A stretch of 64,000 bases of DNA from Candidatus Woesearchaeota archaeon (GTDB taxonomy: Archaea > Nanobdellota > Nanobdellia > Woesearchaeales > JAGLGH01): assembly GCA_030670545.1 (NCBI GenBank), contig DAOVBM010000001.1, positions 17,932-81,931 of the forward strand, written 5' to 3'. The notes below the pieces were generated by a model. The model had not been told where the DNA came from. It ran no database searches and was given only the letters and a program-made list of their open reading frames with translations. A program made the position numbers and the translations under genes. Numbering within the stretch: position 1 is the first letter of the stretch; each line of letters begins with the position of its first letter. Below are positions 56,736 through 64,000 of this stretch, in pieces.

Positions 56736-57773
56736 ATGAACAAAATCAACAATCTGGCAAAGATTATAATTATATGCACAATCCTTGTTGCTGCTCTTGC
56801 TCTTGCAGGGTGCAATATCAAGGATTTAACAGGAAAGTTCCTTGCAGGAGACAAGGAAGATGTTTCTGACAAGGCAGCAGATGCTGCTGCGATTGTAAAT
56901 GGAGAAGCAATAGATGCAGAATATTTCGAAAGGCAGTATAATATGATATCCAGTAGGTATGAGATGTATGGTATGGAATTGTCAAGGCTGCAGCTTCTTG
57001 AAGATGCAATGATACCTCAGCTTTTACTTGTGCAGGAAGCAAAAGAACAGGGCGTAGAAGTGAGTGATGAGGAGGTTGAAGAGTTTATAGATGCTGAGAT
57101 GGAAAAAGTCATGCAGGCATTACCAGAAGAGCAGCTGCAGGCTGAGCTTGATAAGCTTGGAGTAACTATTGACGATTTAAAGTATGACAATAAGATTGCA
57201 TACAGGACGCAACTCTATATAGAAAGGCTTTTGGATAAGGTTGTGTGGTCTGATATTGAAGTAAGTGAAAAGGAAATAACTGACTATTACGAGAACAATC
57301 CTGAGATGTTCATGACTGGAGAGCAGGTAAGGGCAAGCCACATACTTGTAGAGACAGAGGAAGAAGCAGAAGATATGCTTAAATATCTGGAACAAGGTAA
57401 AGACTTTGCTGAACTTGCAGGAGAATATTCTACATGTGACAGCGCTGCGCAGGGAGGAGATCTGGGATATTTCGAAAAAGGCCAGATGGTGCCTGAATTT
57501 GAGGAAGCAGCATTTTCTATAAATGTGGGACAGATATCTGATACTGTAAAGACACAGTTCGGCTATCACATAATAAAGCTCACTGCAAAGAAGCCTGCAG
57601 GCAAAGTTAACTTCGATGATATGAAAGAACAGATTAGCCAGCAGATCATGTCAGCAAAGCAGAAAGCAGCAGAAGACACATTCATTGACCAGCTTCAGAG
57701 CAAGGCAGAGGTAGAGATACTTCTTGAAGAGCCTGTAAAAACAGATGCTGTTGAAGAACTTGTAGTAGAATAA
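56736..57773 (+). CDS. Parvulin-type peptidyl-prolyl isomerase (PrsA/SurA-like), secreted or lipid-anchored.
   Basis: Signal peptide plus LAGC, and the rotamase domain (ASHILV...GGDLGYF...GYHIIK). Confidence 0.8.
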   Translation: MNKINNLAKIIIICTILVAALALAGCNIKDLTGKFLAGDKEDVSDKAADAAAIVNGEAIDAEYFERQYNMISSRYEMYGMELSRLQLLEDAMIPQLLLVQEAKEQGVEVSDEEVEEFIDAEMEKVMQALPEEQLQAELDKLGVTIDDLKYDNKIAYRTQLYIERLLDKVVWSDIEVSEKEITDYYENNPEMFMTGEQVRASHILVETEEEAEDMLKYLEQGKDFAELAGEYSTCDSAAQGGDLGYFEKGQMVPEFEEAAFSINVGQISDTVKTQFGYHIIKLTAKKPAGKVNFDDMKEQISQQIMSAKQKAAEDTFIDQLQSKAEVEILLEEPVKTDAVEELVVE

Positions 57774-57836
57774 GATTTAATCTTTTTCTTTTTTTTAAAT
57801 TTATATTCTTATAAAAAATTATAAAAAAACAAAAAA

Positions 57837-59093
57837 TTAAAGATCATTGATTGTCATAAGCCTTATCCTTGTCTCGTTCTGCTTGACTTTAGTGTCCATG
57901 CCTATAAGGTATTTTACCCTAGCTCTTTCTGCAACCTGTATCATTGCTTTATCTACAGATCCGTCAAGAACAATCGCATTAACTCCCATTGGAAGGCTCT
58001 TTATTGTTGCAGCAAGTTCTGTGATTGGAACTTTTCCAAGCTTGTTCATCTTGTCGTCAAGGAAATATGCACCCTTTGTTCCTATAAGGTCTTCAATCAT
58101 GCTTTTGAACTTTTTCTTCTGGTCTGCAGACAGCACAGCAGGTTTTGACACCCTCTGCGCAGGCGCTGATGTCCTTACAGACACGCTCTTTGTTCTTGTA
58201 TTAGTATTGGGAGCGTACTTTGGGCGGAAATGTTCTTTCTGGCTGAGGCTTTCAATATCCTTGCCAAACTCAAGTTTTGCCTGTTCAGCAGCAATCCTTG
58301 CGCGCAGGGCCTTATGTATCTCTTTCTGAGTCAGTTCCTCTACTTCTTTTCCGTCAGGAGCTTTTGTTACAAAGTCTATATCTGCTACCTGCAAAAGCTC
58401 TTTTATGTTCAGGTCTCCTCCCCTGTCACCATCAACAAATACTGTAGTATTTTTCTGTTTAGAGACTTCTATGATTGTCTGGGGGCAGCTTGTGCCGTTC
58501 ATGGCAATAGCATTCTTTATGCCATGCTTAAGTAAATTGATGACATCAGCTCTGCCTTCAACGATTATGATCTCATCGCTTTCTTCAATACCCGGTCCTG
58601 CTGGAAGCCTGTCCTTGCCATATTCCCTTATCTCCATCACTCTCACAGAATATGCAACTTCATCTGCAATCTCCTGTGAATCTGGCAGCATTGTATTGAT
58701 AAGTGTTGAAAGCAGCTCTTTTGCTCGCTCTACTACAAATTTCCTTTTTGATACCCTTACATCCTCTATTTTGCTTACCTTTATCTTCGCATTGCAAGGT
58801 CCTATCCTCTGGATAATCTCCAGCGCAGCTCCTACAATAGCTGTCTCTGCTTTGTCAAGAGATGAGGGTATTATTATATTTCCTGATGTTTTTCCACTTC
58901 TTGTTTCTGTTGTAACTTCTATTCTCCCTATCCTTCCGCTCCTTTGTAGCTCTCTCAGTTCAAGATCTGTTCCAAGAAGACCTTCTGTTTGTCCGAATAT
59001 TGCGCCTATTACATCAGGCCTGTCAACAACGCCTTCAATGTTTATATTTGCGTGAACAATGTATTTTGCAGATACTGGGCTTATTTTTCCCAT
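57837..59093 (-). CDS. dnaG: Archaeal DnaG-type primase (TOPRIM).
   Basis: KYIVHANINIEGVVDRPDVIGAIFGQTEGLLG and the TOPRIM acidic motifs. Confidence 0.85.
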   Translation of the reverse strand: MGKISPVSAKYIVHANINIEGVVDRPDVIGAIFGQTEGLLGTDLELRELQRSGRIGRIEVTTETRSGKTSGNIIIPSSLDKAETAIVGAALEIIQRIGPCNAKIKVSKIEDVRVSKRKFVVERAKELLSTLINTMLPDSQEIADEVAYSVRVMEIREYGKDRLPAGPGIEESDEIIIVEGRADVINLLKHGIKNAIAMNGTSCPQTIIEVSKQKNTTVFVDGDRGGDLNIKELLQVADIDFVTKAPDGKEVEELTQKEIHKALRARIAAEQAKLEFGKDIESLSQKEHFRPKYAPNTNTRTKSVSVRTSAPAQRVSKPAVLSADQKKKFKSMIEDLIGTKGAYFLDDKMNKLGKVPITELAATIKSLPMGVNAIVLDGSVDKAMIQVAERARVKYLIGMDTKVKQNETRIRLMTINDL

Positions 59094-59595
59094 CTTATTC
59101 GCCTCCGATAAATCTATTTTTGATATCCCTATCTTTGAAGTACAAGAAGGAGCACATTATCACATATCAGGCCTGAGATTATTCAGTACTAACTATTTTT
59201 CCTTAATTTAATGCAAGTGATAAATATGATCTTAATACCCCTTCTATATAACCAGAACTAGTAACTTTTAACTTCAATTAGCTTGATATTCCCTATTTTA
59301 CCCAATTACTTCCCAAATCAAGCGTATTTAGTCAATCTAACGTGAATAATGAATTTAATATTAAAGTTCTGTCCTGGTTATCCTTCTTTATTGAAATATG
59401 AATATTATTAAGGTTTGTTGCCCGTTTCACTAACTCCCATGTTCCTTGCTTGGATTTGCCGTAAACTCCCATGAGTACTCTCGTGACGGGCTGTGTTATA
59501 CAAGAGTGTCTTAAAATCACAGCTAAAACACGAGTTTTAAGCTCATTTAAGGACCCATTTGTATAGCTAAAGTAAATGTGTTGAGATATTTAAAT

Positions 59596-59895
59596 GTTTT
59601 TATTATCGAAAATTTCGTAAGAAATTTTATTGGGGTTTAATACCCCTCACTTCAGTGCGAAATTTTGGATTCCAAAAATTTGATACTTAGTATACCACCA
59701 GTCTGCGACTGGTGGATTATATTGTGGTATACTAAGTCCCAAAATTAGCAACCCGAGCCTGAAAGGCGAGCATGCCACCAGTCTATGACTGGTGGTGGTT
59801 GCTAATTTTTGACAATCTATAATGCAAATCCTATCCCCACCATAAATTTGGGGATATTACAGATTTGCTATCAATAAATTGTCAAATTTTTATTA
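59596..59895. repeat. R2 copy with all modules: A, the twin-palindrome insert I (59685-59815), and B.
   Basis: See 23254-23690 and 36265-36420. Confidence 0.8.
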
Positions 59896-59905
59896 TTAAC
59901 ATTAT

Positions 59906-60184
59906 TCATCCGATAGCTCTTCTCACATCAGTAATCTCAACTGAGCCAACTTCATCAAATTCACTGATGCTTTTCTCAAGTTCTTCTGTAGACCCTAAGC
60001 TTTCATCCATGACAAAGATTATCTGCAGTGCTTTCAGGCCGAAAGCTATAGGCTGCTGCTCTACTATCATTTCTCCTTCGCCTGCAAATTGTACAATGAG
60101 TTTCTTTGCCTTTGTCTCAATCTCTTCAAGATTGACATCAACTCCCTTAGGCATTAACTTTAATGTGATTATTACTTGCGCCAT
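59906..60184 (-). CDS. ef1b: Translation elongation factor aEF-1 beta.
   Basis: MAQVIITLKLMPKGVDVNL...PIAFGLKAL...SVEITDV family pattern. Confidence 0.85.
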   Translation of the reverse strand: MAQVIITLKLMPKGVDVNLEEIETKAKKLIVQFAGEGEMIVEQQPIAFGLKALQIIFVMDESLGSTEELEKSISEFDEVGSVEITDVRRAIG

Positions 60185-60206
60185 TGTTAATCATACCCCT
60201 TCTGTT

Positions 60207-60377
60207 TCAGTTAGGTCCTGTAAATCCGCATTCATGGCATTTATATTTTGCCGCTATCTCCCTGCAGTTCCTGCATCTTGTTATTGTGCTTTTTCCGCAT
60301 TTAGGGCATTTGAATTGGACTGACCCATCAATATTTAGTATTGTCTTTTTACAGGATGAGCATACATTCTTTTCCAT
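60207..60377 (-). CDS. Small four-CxxC zinc-ribbon protein (56 aa) upstream of aEF-1beta, absent from the ORF track.
   Basis: A ggaggt Shine-Dalgarno lies 9 nt upstream. Translation: MEKNVCSSCKKTILNIDGSVQFKCPKCGKSTITRCRNCREIAAKYKCHECGFTGPN. Confidence 0.6.
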   Translation of the reverse strand: MEKNVCSSCKKTILNIDGSVQFKCPKCGKSTITRCRNCREIAAKYKCHECGFTGPN

Positions 60378-60434
60378 TTTACAAAACCTCCTTCCATTAT
60401 GGTTTTGCGATGGGTTTATAAAAGTTTTGCAAAA

Positions 60435-60610
60435 GGGTAAGTAAAAAGTCTGCTATTCAAGGAGCACCAGCATCATCAGTCAAAACTTAATCTTTTTCCT
60501 TATCCTGCTCGTCGCGGGGGGAAGCCCCATCCGGGGACGCAGAGCCTTCTAATAACTCATCCCAAGTTTTGAAGATGCTTGTGCTCCTTTGCATCTGACT
60601 TTTTACTTAC
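60435..60610. repeat. Best-preserved R1 MITE-like element. TIRs are GGTAAGTAAAAAGTC/GACTTTTTACTTAC, the inner inverted arms are GGAGCACCAGCATC/GATGCTTGTGCTCC, the core is a GC hairpin, and it is flanked by the 7-bp direct repeat GCAAAAG.
   Basis: Read directly from the sequence. Confidence 0.8.
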
Positions 60611-60701
60611 GCAAAAGCTGTTGTAACTATCCTAAAATAGGAACATTTAAATAATAATAAAATTATAAAAAAATCATAATTAACATCAGGGGGGATTAGA
60701 A

Positions 60702-62342
60702 GTGAATGAGGATGACAGGAAGATTATTTCTGCGCTTGAAGAGCAGCTTAAAGAGTCAATGAAACTGAAGTTAAGACAAAAAAGACCAGGGAAAAAAAAG
60801 CAGGAGATATTCAAACCATTTTTTCTCTCATATTCAGCCAAAGATGTTTATGGTATCGAGGTGATTGCAAAAAATAATTCAATATTCAGGATGTCTTCTG
60901 ATGACAAGCATAGGTCAAAGCTTATTAAAGGAGAACTAAGAATTGGTGATTATACAGGAGGATGCGGAGTAGGTTTATTCTTTGGGATAGCTCCCTGTGA
61001 CACAAATGAACTTGCAATCAAGAGAGAAGTATGGACTTTTACAAATGAAGCGATGTGGGAAGCTGTCAAAGATTATGAGAGTAAGTTTATAGAATCAATT
61101 GGGTTTAATCAGAAAAATGGCAAGTATTCTTTGTTTTCAAAAGAGAAGAAATCTATATCTGACAATATAAATAATGGGGATTGCCCTCTGGAGAAGCTAG
61201 ACAAAGGTTACTGGGGCAATATACTTAAAAAAGTGTCAAAAATACTTGCAAGGGATGATATATACGATTCAGATGCAAGTCTTGGAGTGTTTTACAAGAA
61301 GAGGTATTTTGTGAATTCTGAAGGCACAAAGATAATTGATGACTTTATCAGATACAATATATCCCTTAATGTTGCTACTGCAGACAAGCGGAATCTTGTA
61401 TTGGGGAACAATGAATCATTCTGGGGAATAGACCTAAGCAAGATGCCTTCTGAAGAGACCTTATGCATTGCTGCAGAAAATATGATAAAAGATTTATATG
61501 ATATAAGGAATGCAAAGCAGCAGGAAGCTGGAAGTTATCCAACCCTTATAGATGGTGAGAATCATGGAGTCATATGGCATGAAGCTATAGGCCATTCGCT
61601 TGAGGGCCATAGGCTTGATGAAGATAGTGATGAGAGTTTATTCTCCTCAGGCACATCGCTGACTTTCAAGAACAAAATTGGAAAAAAGATTGCGCCTGAA
61701 TTCTTTACAGTCTATGACGACCCTACTGACAAGAAGCTTGATGGCTATTATATGTACGATGAAGAGGGTGTAAAAGGAAACAAAATCTGCCTGGTGAAGA
61801 ATGGAATATTAAGGAATTACCTGCTCTCAAGGGAAAGCGCGGGGAAACTCAAAAAGAAATCAAATGGCCATGCAAGATCTGATAGCATAAGCGACCCCAC
61901 TCCAAGGATGAGCAATATAAAAGTATATTCAGATAATGAGTATTCTATTGAAAAGCTGAAAGAGATGCTTATCCATGAATGCGAAAAGCAGGGAAAAGAA
62001 TATGGGTTAATTTTTGGAGGCACTCTTGGAGGATATACTGATACAGAAGAAAGCTATTTCCACACTGTCCCTAAAAAAATCTTCAGGCTTTACAGGGATG
62101 GCAGAATGGAGCAGGTAAGAGGGATATACCAGACAGCAACCCCTTATCAGATGTTAGAGAACATAATCGCGACAAGTGATGATTATAGTGTATTTAATGG
62201 TGTGTGCAGCGCAGAATCTGGGTCTGTCCCTTCTACACAGACAGCTTCTGATGCGCTTGTAAGATCAATGGAGATAGGCAGGATTCCAAAAGCAAATTAT
62301 GACAAGAGATATAAGCTGCTGTCAAATCCACCCAAAGAATGA
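60702..62342 (+). CDS. TldD/PmbA-family metallopeptidase, with a GTG start.
   Basis: HEAIGHSLEGH motif, and RSDSISDPTPRMSNIKV in the C-terminal region. Confidence 0.7.
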   Translation: MNEDDRKIISALEEQLKESMKLKLRQKRPGKKKQEIFKPFFLSYSAKDVYGIEVIAKNNSIFRMSSDDKHRSKLIKGELRIGDYTGGCGVGLFFGIAPCDTNELAIKREVWTFTNEAMWEAVKDYESKFIESIGFNQKNGKYSLFSKEKKSISDNINNGDCPLEKLDKGYWGNILKKVSKILARDDIYDSDASLGVFYKKRYFVNSEGTKIIDDFIRYNISLNVATADKRNLVLGNNESFWGIDLSKMPSEETLCIAAENMIKDLYDIRNAKQQEAGSYPTLIDGENHGVIWHEAIGHSLEGHRLDEDSDESLFSSGTSLTFKNKIGKKIAPEFFTVYDDPTDKKLDGYYMYDEEGVKGNKICLVKNGILRNYLLSRESAGKLKKKSNGHARSDSISDPTPRMSNIKVYSDNEYSIEKLKEMLIHECEKQGKEYGLIFGGTLGGYTDTEESYFHTVPKKIFRLYRDGRMEQVRGIYQTATPYQMLENIIATSDDYSVFNGVCSAESGSVPSTQTASDALVRSMEIGRIPKANYDKRYKLLSNPPKE

Positions 62343-62347
62343 TTTAT

Positions 62348-63391
62348 TTATTTATTTAGAATTTCTTTCAACCTATCCTCTCCAATATCAGACCTTATGC
62401 CATAAGGGGAGAAATGAGTATCGCTTACCTTGAACCCCCTGTTGGTTATCTCTTCCTTTATTTCCTTTGTCTTCTTTAATTTTAGCTTGCGCTTTTTGCA
62501 GAATGCATGCAGATGGTAGAATCCTGCTATATCTATCTTTGATTCCCCTTCTATGATCCCCAGAAATTTAGACAGCTTCTCATCTTTGTTAAGCTTTGCT
62601 ATCTTTGCAGCAAGCCCTGGCTCCCACAATCTTCCAAGCCACATAGGGCCTGCATCATTGAAATTGCCATGCTGCTTCTGCATCTCATCAACATGTGATT
62701 TCCCTTTCCTGCAGATAAAAAATATTCTCATGTAATGCTTGCTTGCATAGCTGAAAACAGGAATCAATGCTTTATCATACTGCGCTCCTATAAGCTGTAC
62801 TTTCCTTATAAGTATGCGGATGCCTGTCTCATGCATGATTTCATCGCGCCTTGGCACAGCCCAGTATTTCCTTATGCATGCTTTTGGATATGTGCCGCAC
62901 AATGCTGAAGTATCTGTTGCAGTGACTGCAAGAATCCCGTCTCTGGCTATTTTTTTTGCAGCAGAATCAAGATATGGATTGGGAGTCCCAAAAGGGTCGA
63001 TATCTATGTAATGGAAGCCTTTTGACTGCATCAGGAATATATTTGCATCATTAGTGGAGATGGTTATTCTTTTGTCTTTGCCAAGCTTGTTCAGATTAAG
63101 ATTGTCTCTTATCTGATTGATTGCTTTATCTGAATAGTCATTTATATGGATATTTTTGATTATGCCTTTTTTCAATTCTTTGATGAATCGTATTGAGCGC
63201 ACTCCGCTTCCTGCCATAGGGTCAGCGATAATGATCTCTTTTTTTCCGAGCGCATTTAACAGTAGAATTGATATGTCCCTGTTCATCTTCATTGCAGGAT
63301 TATAGAATACTTGAAGTTCTTTTGAAATCTTTTGTGAACTGAAAACTTTTAAGTCTGCGTTTCCTTCTCTTATCTGGATAACTTTTGCCAT
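62348..63391 (-). CDS. trm1: tRNA (guanine26-N2)-dimethyltransferase Trm1.
   Basis: VFYNPAMKMNRDISILLL, DPMAGSGVRSIRF, IDIDPFGTPNPYLDSA. Confidence 0.85.
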   Translation of the reverse strand: MAKVIQIREGNADLKVFSSQKISKELQVFYNPAMKMNRDISILLLNALGKKEIIIADPMAGSGVRSIRFIKELKKGIIKNIHINDYSDKAINQIRDNLNLNKLGKDKRITISTNDANIFLMQSKGFHYIDIDPFGTPNPYLDSAAKKIARDGILAVTATDTSALCGTYPKACIRKYWAVPRRDEIMHETGIRILIRKVQLIGAQYDKALIPVFSYASKHYMRIFFICRKGKSHVDEMQKQHGNFNDAGPMWLGRLWEPGLAAKIAKLNKDEKLSKFLGIIEGESKIDIAGFYHLHAFCKKRKLKLKKTKEIKEEITNRGFKVSDTHFSPYGIRSDIGEDRLKEILNK

Positions 63392-63467
63392 AATTAAGAA
63401 AGATAAGGCATGATATTTAAATTATGCTAAATAAATGAGAAAAAATAAGAAAATTCAATAAAAAAAA

Positions 63468-63833
63468 TCAGACAATGGTGATATGCCTGTATGTTGAAGT
63501 CCTGTGGTCTTTGCTGAATGACCTTACTCTTACAAGGTACTCTCCAGGCTCTACGTCATCTTCAAGGTCAAAGAACATCATTTTTCCATAAGAAGAGCCT
63601 TCATCAATATCAATTCCCCTGTATGGTATGTATAATCCAAGTTCTGGGATATATACTGTCATCCTTACGTCCTCAACATCCTGGGTTCCCCTGTTGATTA
63701 TGTTTGTGTGCATCTCTACCTCGCTGCCAGGACTGAATATATCGTCAAGAAATCGAATCTGGCCGATTCCATTGACTCCTGCCATGAGCATCATTGCAAT
63801 AAATGCGAAAGTAATAAATTGTGTTTTGTGCAT
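63468..63833 (-). CDS. Small secreted hypothetical protein. The start is taken at MHKTQF, which gives a signal peptide.
   Basis: Hydrophobic N-terminus FITFAFIAMMLMAGVNG. Confidence 0.4.
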   Translation of the reverse strand: MHKTQFITFAFIAMMLMAGVNGIGQIRFLDDIFSPGSEVEMHTNIINRGTQDVEDVRMTVYIPELGLYIPYRGIDIDEGSSYGKMMFFDLEDDVEPGEYLVRVRSFSKDHRTSTYRHITIV

Positions 63834-63898
63834 GTTTTCATCCCCCTTAGGTTTGATACTATTATAGAATACTAACTTATATATAAACATTTTGGTGA

Positions 63899-63950
63899 AT
63901 AGGTAAGTAAAAAGTCTGCTATTCAAGGAGCACCAGCATTATCAGTCAAT
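63899..63950. repeat. 5' part of another R1 element copy (aggtaagtaaaaagtctgctattcaaggagcaccagcattatcagtcaa).
   Basis: Matches 60436-60485. Confidence 0.6.
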
Positions 63951-64000
63951 AGAGGTTCATATTAGCCCTTAATTCCACAAATTATTTATACTATTCTTCT

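Noticed and set aside
59332-59520. A 62-aa minus-strand ORF in the DnaG upstream region, together with the possibility of an ncRNA such as SRP or RNase P RNA in 59100-59590.
   Set aside because: There is no Shine-Dalgarno or TATA in a sensible position and no conserved SRP or RNase P motifs. I left it unannotated.

Overview
This is an AT-rich contig that reads as archaeal, probably from a DPANN-type lineage. The evidence for archaeal origin is aEF-1beta, an archaeal DnaG-type primase, an Sm-like protein, Trm1, a NOG1 GTPase, and TATA-box promoters about 25-30 nt upstream of start codons. Many genes also carry AGGAGG-type Shine-Dalgarno sites. The first 13 kb is one giant minus-strand gene for a repeat-rich secreted surface protein. 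It is 3877 aa plus a frame-shifted 391-aa C-terminal continuation carrying a Pro/Glu-rich stalk and a TM anchor, which gives about 4270 aa if the two are joined. It has roughly 25 copies of a ~95-aa domain, a ~440-aa module duplicated internally, and very dense N-x-S/T sequons. The core genes are argS, an IMPDH-family guaB-like gene, NOG1, a U32 peptidase, DnaG, aEF-1beta with its zinc-ribbon neighbour, a TldD/PmbA peptidase, Trm1, a parvulin PPIase, an SPFH protein, a CNNM/CorC transporter, a HAD hydrolase, a methyltransferase and a flavin reductase. The accessory content is concentrated in three places. At 31.7-41.1 kb there is a minus-strand block of four tandem paralogs of an unknown family whose 3' ends are near-identical and whose start/stop codons overlap, followed by two coiled-coil proteins and a glycine-zipper membrane protein. 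At 42.3-46.3 kb there is an island with two class-II Fic proteins flanking a RelE-like toxin-antitoxin pair and a nucleotidyltransferase (NTase)/HEPN-like pair; each Fic promoter has a perfect inverted repeat bracketing its TATA box. From 47.9 to 54.9 kb there is an AT-rich insert bounded by ~100-bp direct repeats copied from the 5' end of a TctA-like gene (leaving a truncated TctA N-terminal remnant), then a second HEPN/NTase pair, a radical-SAM gene and a DinD-like gene. Two families of structured intergenic repeats are present. One is a ~175-bp MITE-like element with 15-bp terminal inverted repeats, a 7-bp GCAAAAG target duplication and a GC-rich hairpin core, in six or more copies. The other is a modular element built around twin perfect 21-bp palindromes, CCACCAGTC-NNN-GACTGGTGG. 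There is also an array of four covarying mini-hairpins at the window start. No rRNA, tRNA or CRISPR array could be supported.
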